From assembly GCA_048882485.1 (NCBI GenBank), contig JBHLRP010000069.1, positions 1-14,268 on the forward strand: a stretch of DNA of 14,268 nt. The letters are read 5' to 3'. Positions 7,571 to 14,268 of this stretch are shown here, in pieces. Below the pieces are notes generated by a model. The model was not told the origin of the DNA, did no database searches, and worked only from the letters and a program-made list of their open reading frames with translations. The translations under genes were made by a program, and so were the position numbers. The stretch's first letter is position 1; the number at the start of each line of letters is the position of its first letter. Source of the DNA: Candidatus Thorarchaeota archaeon (lineage in GTDB: Archaea; Asgardarchaeota; Thorarchaeia; Thorarchaeales; Thorarchaeaceae).

Positions 7571-7662
7571 TAAAGAACCAGTCAGACTCGGCTGCTATGA
7601 GTGAAAGACCCATATTCTACGCTGTATCTTGGTCAGCTCATAATCAGTGGAAACAGCTGTAA

Positions 7663-8448
7663 ATGATCTCTAAGAGGCCCTTTGGCCGCACTGGACATGC
7701 CAGCACACGCATCATTTTTGGCGGCTATGCCCTAAGCAATGCAACGCAATCTGAAACAGATGGCACATTTGCACTGTTGCAGGAATACGGAGTGAATCAT
7801 ATCGACACAGCTCCGATGTACGGAAACTCGGAGATAGTCATCGGGTCCTGGTTGGCCGAACATCGTAAGGACTTCTTCGTGGCCACTAAAAGCCGCAGAC
7901 GTTCGCGACAGGGAGCTTTAGACGATCTGAAGTGTTCGCGGGAACGCTTGCAGGTTGACTATGTCGATCTCTGGCAGATGCATGCTTTGACCAATCCAGC
8001 TGGTTGGGAGAAGGTGATGGGGCCTGGTGGCGCCTTGGAAGCCTTTGTTGAGGCACGTGATGAGGGTTTGGTCCGTTTTCTTGGTGTAACGGCACATGGT
8101 GATACAGCTCCGGCAATGCACAAACGCAGTCTGGAACGTTTTGATTTTGATACTGTCTTGTTGCCATACAACTACCTGCAGATGCAGAAACCTCGCTACG
8201 CAGCTGACTTCAATGAGTTGGTTGAGGTGTGCCGAGAGCGTAACGTTGCTGTGCAAATAATGAAGTCCATTGTCCGTCGGCCATGGAGCAACCGCAGCCA
8301 GACTTACAACACGTATTTCTATGAACCACTAGACACTCAAGATGCAATCGACAAATCGGTCCACTGGTCATTAGGACTCCCAGATAGCCTTCTAACTACG
8401 GCGGGTGATATGCGGCTTCTGCCCAAGATGTTGGATGCTGCCAAATGA
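7663..8448 (+). CDS. Aldo/keto reductase (apparently cut short by an in-frame TGA at 8446-8448)
   Basis: R.FGRTG, HIDTAPMYGNSE (catalytic D,Y), ATK (K), DYVDLWQMH (H), GLVRFLGVT; catalytic tetrad intact. Confidence 0.9.
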   Translation: MISKRPFGRTGHASTRIIFGGYALSNATQSETDGTFALLQEYGVNHIDTAPMYGNSEIVIGSWLAEHRKDFFVATKSRRRSRQGALDDLKCSRERLQVDYVDLWQMHALTNPAGWEKVMGPGGALEAFVEARDEGLVRFLGVTAHGDTAPAMHKRSLERFDFDTVLLPYNYLQMQKPRYAADFNELVEVCRERNVAVQIMKSIVRRPWSNRSQTYNTYFYEPLDTQDAIDKSVHWSLGLPDSLLTTAGDMRLLPKMLDAAK

Positions 8449-8541
8449 TTTGAGAATCGGCCATCTGATAGAGAAATGAACGCTATTGTCGATGAGTTTG
8501 ATATGCAGACGATAAGATGCAGTATGGGCGATCTCAGGTGA
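8449..8541 (+). other. In-frame C-terminal continuation of the aldo/keto reductase beyond the TGA
   Basis: The same frame continues FENRPSDREMNAIVDEFDMQTIRCSMGDLR* (TGA 8539-8541), resembling the terminal F..P...EM..L helix of AKRs. Confidence 0.65.
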
Positions 8542-9364
8542 CTGTACCCCCTGTAGTGGACAGATGATTTTCCAACCAATACTCCATTAGTTTTGGTTTT
8601 AGCCTCTTGAGTCGACCTATCCTTGTAGAAGTCACTCGCTCAGATTTCCTATTTGTTGCAGCAGATTTGAGTCTGACAATATCCTCATCATTGATTGATT
8701 TGGAGTAATCTAGGAATTCGTCAGGAATCTCGCTCAGGTTGTCGAATTGGCTCCCATATTGCATAAGAATGGCGAATGTGATCTCTCTAGCGGTTGGAGT
8801 GCTACTCGATAGAGTGACCGCATCCTCTCCCCTCTTTCTGGTCTGGCCAAAGATGTACCCTAATGCTCTCTCGTCAAGGTATGTTGACACAAGGAACTGG
8901 AAAATCTCGTTCGCAGACTCCGGCTTCCTCTCATAGATCCTCTTGCTCACTCGAATCATTTCATCACATGATCCACCACAGGCATATGACTCAGGAGGTC
9001 TTTCTACCTCGAAATATGCGGTCCTGCAACCGCTGTCGGGTTGATCGATAAATCCAATCAGGTTGATGGGAAACAACTGACATGTGAGAGGTCTCTTGGA
9101 ATAGATCAAACACTGACTGTCGACGTGAAACGGACAATAGTCATCGAAATTCAGTACATATCTGTGCCACAGATTAAAGATTGTTGAGTTGATGCCAAGA
9201 TGTTCTTTTGCTAATGATGCTCCACCTAACTCTATCAATGCCTGGGCAATGATTGGTGCCTCGACATCTGTAAGGAATACTGCTTGTTTCTTACAGCACT
9301 CACCACAATGCGTGCATAGAGAATCCATGATCTCTCTGAATTCATTAACCGCGTCTTCAATCAC
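8534..9364 (-). CDS. YkgJ family (CxxCxxCC) zinc/iron-chelating Cys-cluster protein with C-terminal extension
   Basis: CTHCGECC, CPFH...CLIYSKRPLTCQLFP; further Cys in a long C-terminal region. TTAATA (9394-9389, minus strand) lies about 25 nt upstream of the GTG. Confidence 0.85.
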   Translation of the reverse strand: MIEDAVNEFREIMDSLCTHCGECCKKQAVFLTDVEAPIIAQALIELGGASLAKEHLGINSTIFNLWHRYVLNFDDYCPFHVDSQCLIYSKRPLTCQLFPINLIGFIDQPDSGCRTAYFEVERPPESYACGGSCDEMIRVSKRIYERKPESANEIFQFLVSTYLDERALGYIFGQTRKRGEDAVTLSSSTPTAREITFAILMQYGSQFDNLSEIPDEFLDYSKSINDEDIVRLKSAATNRKSERVTSTRIGRLKRLKPKLMEYWLENHLSTTGGTVT

Positions 9365-9404
9365 ATTGACGAAAAGGACTGGTCAGGCTATTAAGACCAT
9401 CGAG

Positions 9405-9464
9405 AAAAAACAGTGGCGCTACCCACATCCATGTACTATCATTCTTGTGGGCTTCCCTCACTGT
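9405..9464 (-). terminator. Long interrupted hairpin plus U-tract downstream of the M1 peptidase gene
   Basis: Minus-strand RNA: ACAGUG-AGGGAA-GCCCACA-AGA-AUG-AUAGUA-CAU-GGA-UGUGGGU-AGCGC-CACUGU-UUUUU, starting 4 nt after the TAG. Confidence 0.55.
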
Positions 9465-9468
9465 CAGC

Positions 9469-11424
9469 CTAAGACTCCCTTCTTCGAATGTACCAAGCTA
9501 CGACAATTGCTATAGTCGCAATCACAGCAATTACTTCAAGACCCACTATAAGGGGGATATCTCCGGCAATCTGAATGTTTCTTGTTGATAGAGAATGAAT
9601 ATCCTGCTCAGCCAGTTCGACAAGGATATAGTCATCATAGAGTAGGATAACCTCATCAGGCTCTCTTGCCACTTCAAGAGTAAGAGTAGTCGTGCCATTT
9701 ATCCACGCAACTCTGTCATTCAGAATCTCGTGTGCAGAGTCGAGAACTCTGATAGGCACCTGTTGCGAATAGGAATGTGTATTATACACCTCATTTTCAT
9801 CCTCAATGGTCACCAACAGAGTGCCTTCCACTCTATCATAAACCGCCCCGGTGAATGAATAGTCTGGTAAACGTGAATTGTCAAACCATGGTAGAAAGAA
9901 CCAATCTAGGGACCACCCACATACCTCTTCCAAAGCAGTCTGTAGCCCTGCCAATGTGCCAACTCTGAAGTAATTCTGCTTCAAGAAGAGCGAGAGACCC
10001 TCGATGAACTTCTCGTGACCTATCTCGACACGCAGCTTCTCAAGCACGAGTGGAGTCTTTACATACTCAAGGTATGTCACCAACTCAGGCATATCATAGT
10101 TTGACTGGTTTATTGCAGCGTCTATCCCATTTTCTATATAGAACGTCCTAACGTTGTCTAGGTATCGATTATATTGGAAGTACTCCCAGCTTAGATGATG
10201 GCACTCACCAAAGTAGTTGTGAGACCAGGAGGTCATTCCCTCGTCAAGGAATCCCCAGTCGATACTGTCCACTCCCACAAGCTGCGACCACCATTGATGA
10301 ACCACCTCGTGAACGACTACCAATTCAAGATAATAGGGCGGCCGCTCCTCTGCTCTCACGAGCTGAAGTATGACATTTGTCATGTACACTTGGCAAGGAT
10401 ACTCCATACCACCATAGAATGCGAACTGCTCCACAACATTGAGCGTTGAATAGGGATAGATGCCATAGGTCGTGTTGAAAAGCAATAGGGCTTCACTTGC
10501 CCAGCTCAGGACATCATCTTCCCACTCCGCCTGAGAGTCTGGGATGTAAAAGCTTGATACATTGACAGACCCTACCATCATAGACTCCACAACATAGTAT
10601 CGAGAGGCTGAGAATGTGACCTCGCGTACCGGCAGACTGGGACTGAAATGGTAGGTGGTATTGCCTCCAACGCTGTAGCTATCAATCAATTGACCCGTTG
10701 CCGCTACCACCATTTCACTAGGAACTTCGACTAGGAAGTCATAGAATGCCATGTCAAGGTAGAAGGGGTCTCCGAAATCGACATACCCATCTGTGTTCCA
10801 GCCATCATACTCATCATAGACGCACGGCATGGGATAGCAGCTGGCAAATGTGAATACTCTCGATTGGTCGATGTCACTGCCCTGCGAGTTGGCTCTGTCC
10901 AGACCATCAGGCAGAGTGGTTTCGAATGAGATCTGAAACGAAGTTGTGCCACCTGATTCAACAGGCGCTGGAAGATTGACCCACATTATCTCGCCTTCGG
11001 ACACGACATCGTAAGACAAAGGATCCTTGAAGGTATCGATTGTGGTCACATTGAATATGGCAAGAGTCCCTTTTCTAGTAGTGTAATTCATGCCGGAAGG
11101 ATAGAGGTGGAACGGAATACTTGAGAATGCAATTGGCTCGTCATTGTGATACTCAATGGATAGACTGCCGTAAACAGTTGACCGAGTATCATCCAGTGTG
11201 ACAGACAGATTGACACGCGAGAAACTAGTCCCTGTGAAATTTCCCCGTGAGAACTGGTTGTAGTCATTGAGGTCAGCTTGACTCAGCAACGCCTGAGTGT
11301 CTGTTCCAAAATCTCTCTGAAGGCTTGGTAGTGTCGAACCTGGAAGCGCTATAGAAAAACCAGTGGACACAATCATGAGTGCTACCGAGAAGACAAGGAA
11401 TCTCTTCAGAATTGCAACCACCAC
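9469..11424 (-). CDS. M1 family zinc aminopeptidase (gluzincin), secreted with C-terminal membrane anchor
   Basis: GGMEY exopeptidase motif, HEVVHQWW followed by LDEG (third Zn ligand), Y.K.PLVL; N-terminal signal-like hydrophobic segment after KR; C-terminal TM helix ending WYIRRRES. Confidence 0.93.
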   Translation of the reverse strand: MVVAILKRFLVFSVALMIVSTGFSIALPGSTLPSLQRDFGTDTQALLSQADLNDYNQFSRGNFTGTSFSRVNLSVTLDDTRSTVYGSLSIEYHNDEPIAFSSIPFHLYPSGMNYTTRKGTLAIFNVTTIDTFKDPLSYDVVSEGEIMWVNLPAPVESGGTTSFQISFETTLPDGLDRANSQGSDIDQSRVFTFASCYPMPCVYDEYDGWNTDGYVDFGDPFYLDMAFYDFLVEVPSEMVVAATGQLIDSYSVGGNTTYHFSPSLPVREVTFSASRYYVVESMMVGSVNVSSFYIPDSQAEWEDDVLSWASEALLLFNTTYGIYPYSTLNVVEQFAFYGGMEYPCQVYMTNVILQLVRAEERPPYYLELVVVHEVVHQWWSQLVGVDSIDWGFLDEGMTSWSHNYFGECHHLSWEYFQYNRYLDNVRTFYIENGIDAAINQSNYDMPELVTYLEYVKTPLVLEKLRVEIGHEKFIEGLSLFLKQNYFRVGTLAGLQTALEEVCGWSLDWFFLPWFDNSRLPDYSFTGAVYDRVEGTLLVTIEDENEVYNTHSYSQQVPIRVLDSAHEILNDRVAWINGTTTLTLEVAREPDEVILLYDDYILVELAEQDIHSLSTRNIQIAGDIPLIVGLEVIAVIATIAIVVAWYIRRRES

Positions 11425-11601
11425 CTATCACTATATCCTGAGTAATCAGCTCAAAACCCATTAAGACTACCGTCTCGAGCAACCAACAGGCAACTGTAGA
11501 ATATTGATTGTATTCTGTTTGCTCCGTTCTCCCTTTGACTATAATTGACAGACCAGAAGAAGAAGTGGCACTGCTGGAAGTTGCAGTATTAAAAATGACA
11601 A

Positions 11602-12231
11602 TTAATTCTCCTGTTCATCAATCAATTCCCTCAGTTTCCGTATGTACTCCATTGGATTGTTTCGTTTCAAATCATCAAGATCTTTCAGTTGTTCAAAGGG
11701 ACTAATGCCTGCTTTGTCTATATCCGATTCACTCCTCTTCCTCTCAGAGGTGACTCGAAGTTCCTTTCTATGTGGAGCTCTTTTAGAAAGGACTAGAATC
11801 ACTATGTAGAACAGATACACAATGGATATACCCACGATTCCAGGAAGCGCCTGATCCCCTGGTAATGACATTAGATACACAAATCCCGGTATCAGTATGA
11901 CAAAAGGAATCAAAATAACAAGAATGGTTACGACTTTAAGAGTACGAGGGCTAAATCTCAGGAAAAATCCAAATCTCCGTACACTATCAAGTACAGATTC
12001 CAGCGTATCAGTTGAAATCAAGAAGTCAATCTCTGACTCAGAGAAAGCTATGATGGCTTTTCCTCTCTCATCTTGAATCTCGAATGAGTCTTCATAGTCT
12101 GATAGTCCTCCAGAGGACTGAAATCGCATGACTCTCCAACCAAGGTATCTGGGGCTCTCTCTGATCACACTCTCTATTGTTTCACATTTGCTATCTCGAT
12201 AGTATTCCTCTGGAATTCTCTTCCTCTCCAC
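11602..12231 (-). CDS. Hypothetical membrane protein (2 TM helices)
   Basis: Two hydrophobic segments (VVTILVILIPFVILIPGFVYL; IVGISIVYLFYIVILVL) flanked by charged soluble regions. Confidence 0.7.
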   Translation of the reverse strand: MERKRIPEEYYRDSKCETIESVIRESPRYLGWRVMRFQSSGGLSDYEDSFEIQDERGKAIIAFSESEIDFLISTDTLESVLDSVRRFGFFLRFSPRTLKVVTILVILIPFVILIPGFVYLMSLPGDQALPGIVGISIVYLFYIVILVLSKRAPHRKELRVTSERKRSESDIDKAGISPFEQLKDLDDLKRNNPMEYIRKLRELIDEQEN

Positions 12232-12490
12232 CCTATCTACTTATGATTACCCTCAGAAAGAGATAAACTTCCGCATTTTGAAATCTTCAAGAAGCATGCT
12301 ATTTGATGCAAAAGGAATGGCGCCGCTGGCAGCAGGTTGGGTTTATTTAACACCTCCAAAACATCCCATTCACTCCATTTAAAACACCAATCATAAATTA
12401 GAATGGTTGAAATTAGGCTCTTATATCTCTTTAAAATTAAAATACGCATACCATAAATGAGATAAGGACGTCCTGGGCGATGAATGAGTC
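12232..12490. promoter_or_regulatory. AT-rich divergent intergenic region containing several TATA-like boxes
   Basis: 259 bp between divergent genes with TTTATTTAA, TTTAAAA, TTATAT and TTTAAAATTAAAA. The boxes actually used cannot be assigned from sequence alone. Confidence 0.45.
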
Positions 12491-13648
12491 ATGACTGACC
12501 AAACTCGAGATTCCGGGCAAGTGGATGAATCGGAATACACAATTGAAGAAGCAATTTATCATTACTTGGTTTTAGAAGGATCGAGCTACGAAGTTGGGAT
12601 TCAGCTAGCAGAATATGTGAAACTCGATGCTGTCAGGCGAGAGTTCTTCACATCTGCCAAACTCGACATTCATAAACTTGGATTCAAGAGCTTCCAGTTG
12701 CTTCAAGAATACTATGAAGAGTGTTGTCCTGGTATCATAGAAGAGATTCAAGGACTTGCAGATGGTCTTGAAGTCAGTCCTGAACAGGTCCCCTTATGGA
12801 AGGATAGTGTTGGCATAACTGCAGGAAGTAACTGCTCACAGCTACTAGTCCTTCCATCTGCTTCTGCTGATAATCATCTTTACTTGGGTCGAAGCTACGA
12901 ATGGATTCATACAGAGGAAGATCTTGTTCTATGCACAACAAGAGTGGACGGAAAGGCGAGCCATATCGGATTTACATCCCTTCTCTCTGGAAGACAGGAG
13001 GGAATGAACGAACATGGACTGATAGTGTCGATGACTGGAGCTGGCATTCCTAACCAGAAGCTCAAACACAAAGGCTTTGTCTTTTGGATAGCAATACGTT
13101 CGTTGCTTGATTCATGCCGATCTGTTGATGCAGCATTGGAACGATTAGAAACCCTGCCATTGTCAGGTCATTTCAACCTCATCCTAGCTGATAGAAAGGA
13201 CCACGCAGCTCTTCTGGAGTATGCAGATGGAATTATGGCTGTAAAACGAATAACGGGTGAAAGTCCGAGTCCTTTCTTATTCTCAACAAACCACTACCAG
13301 CTTCCTGAAACTAAACAGTTCAACAACCTCTGCGTCATAATCGGACACTCAAGACATCGCGCCTCATTGATCTCCTCTATGATTAGAGATAACATGCCGT
13401 GCATAGCAAAAGATGCCATCCGTAGTCTACTAGCTGCCAATCATCCAGATGGGCTATGCAATCATTTCTATAATGACTACTTTGGTACCACATGGTCTAT
13501 GATTCTCGATTCAACAACGCTTTTGGCTGACGTCTGTTTCAGTGCTCCCACTCATAATGCGTTTCGAGCATTCAACTTGTCTGATTCTGTAGGCTTAGAT
13601 GCCTATCCTGCTGTGATTCCCATTTCCAAGCAAAGGCTCCCACTGTGA
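12491..13648 (+). CDS. C45 family peptidase (acyl-CoA:6-APA acyltransferase-like Ntn hydrolase)
   Basis: Pro-segment GSSYEVG.Q...EEIQGLADG, nucleophile at N-CSQ, GRSYEW, EGMNEHGL, N.ILADR, TNHY, S..R. Confidence 0.88.
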   Translation: MTDQTRDSGQVDESEYTIEEAIYHYLVLEGSSYEVGIQLAEYVKLDAVRREFFTSAKLDIHKLGFKSFQLLQEYYEECCPGIIEEIQGLADGLEVSPEQVPLWKDSVGITAGSNCSQLLVLPSASADNHLYLGRSYEWIHTEEDLVLCTTRVDGKASHIGFTSLLSGRQEGMNEHGLIVSMTGAGIPNQKLKHKGFVFWIAIRSLLDSCRSVDAALERLETLPLSGHFNLILADRKDHAALLEYADGIMAVKRITGESPSPFLFSTNHYQLPETKQFNNLCVIIGHSRHRASLISSMIRDNMPCIAKDAIRSLLAANHPDGLCNHFYNDYFGTTWSMILDSTTLLADVCFSAPTHNAFRAFNLSDSVGLDAYPAVIPISKQRLPL

Positions 13649-13712
13649 TTTTCCCAGCTATTCTCACACGCTGGATACAGAAGAAGTTGCACCGCCTTTC
13701 AGGAACTGAAGT

Positions 13713-14268
13713 TCACATGACAATCACATCGGGGAATTTTGAGGTGATGACATCATTGAGGTAGTGCATGCTCGAAGTTTTTGCAGTTTCTTGAACTCCT
13801 TTCAGTATTCTTTGAACTTCATCATACCTGCCTTGTCTGTATCGAAGCTTGGCTTTCAAAATCATTGATAGTGCAGCAATACCAGGAAGGTCCTTCTCAT
13901 ATACATATTCCTCAAGTTTCCTCATCCAGTGTCCAGACGAATCAAGGTCTTCGTATAATGATGCATCTGTAAGCATGTCAATTTCTATTTCTGTAAGATT
14001 TAGTAGACACACGTTTTGAAATAGTGGAACGGGGTCTTTCTCATAGAAATCAAGTACTTTTTGGAGATTCTCCGCAGCGTTTTCGAATCGTTTCTCTGCC
14101 TTATCAAGGAGTCCTTCTACCGTATAATACCAAGCCAAGTATCCAACATTGCCCGATTTCAATGCTATTCTTTGACAGATTGCTAGTGCTCCTTGTGCTT
14201 CTGGATACCTTCCAAGATTGATTAGAGCCCAAGCATGTTGCGCACTAGTGTATGAAATCCAAAGAAAT
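13713..14268 (-). CDS. TPR-like alpha-helical repeat protein, C-terminal part (partial; 5' end outside the window)
   Basis: The frame of ORF 13713..14162 stays open to the window edge (FLWISYTSAQHAWALINLGRYPEAQGALAICQRIALKSG...). TPR-like motifs ALINLGRYPEA and LRYRQGRYDEV. Confidence 0.75.
   Translation of the reverse strand, partial: FLWISYTSAQHAWALINLGRYPEAQGALAICQRIALKSGNVGYLAWYYTVEGLLDKAEKRFENAAENLQKVLDFYEKDPVPLFQNVCLLNLTEIEIDMLTDASLYEDLDSSGHWMRKLEEYVYEKDLPGIAALSMILKAKLRYRQGRYDEVQRILKGVQETAKTSSMHYLNDVITSKFPDVIVM

Noticed and set aside
7886-8256. Three overlapping antisense ORFs in the AKR, and other short alternate-frame ORFs in the track
   Set aside because: Shadow ORFs within well-supported genes, with no motifs or translation signals.
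8446-8448. Selenocysteine recoding of the AKR TGA
   Set aside because: The position does not look like a Cys or catalytic site, and no AUGA..AA..GA SECIS-like stem was found downstream on the + strand.
9410-9464. Methanococcal-type SECIS (GAA/A loop next to G-C pairs) in the hairpin
   Set aside because: Neither flanking minus-strand gene has an internal in-frame TGA, and readthrough of the YkgJ stop gives only a short non-protein-like peptide.
12237-12449. 70-aa minus-strand ORF in the AT-rich spacer
   Set aside because: No recognisable motif or RBS, and it overlaps TATA-like sequence. It cannot be fully excluded.
1-14268. CRISPR array, tRNA/rRNA, transposase/integrase or known defence system
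   Set aside because: No regularly spaced repeats, cloverleaf, terminal inverted repeats or corresponding protein motifs were seen by eye.

Overview
Gene-dense archaeal chromosomal window, most likely Asgard archaea/Thorarchaeia (inference from an archaeal-type ProRS C-terminus, GGTGA-type ribosome-binding sites, TATA-like boxes, a MutS5-type gene, a Vps29-like gene and a TM-anchored secreted peptidase). Gene order: 3' end of proS (not in the ORF track) with a GCAA-tetraloop hairpin; D-2-hydroxyacid dehydrogenase; HhH-MutS5-type ATPase immediately followed (2 bp gap) by a Vps29/YfcE-family metallophosphoesterase; a convergent unknown helical protein; TIGR04076 protein; small Cys-cluster protein; cupin; NAT16-like GNAT; tandem PRC-barrel protein; aldo/keto reductase with an apparent in-frame TGA about 30 codons before its natural end; YkgJ Cys-cluster protein; membrane-anchored M1 aminopeptidase followed by a long hairpin plus U-tract; 2-TM protein; C45 Ntn-hydrolase; 3' part of a TPR-like gene. 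No rRNA, tRNA, CRISPR array or mobile element was seen. The best leads are the MutS5-Vps29-like gene pair, the Vps29 homologue (colinear with eukaryotic VPS29 but with enzyme-type metal ligands), and the interrupted AKR. All family calls come from motif recognition by eye, not from database searches.
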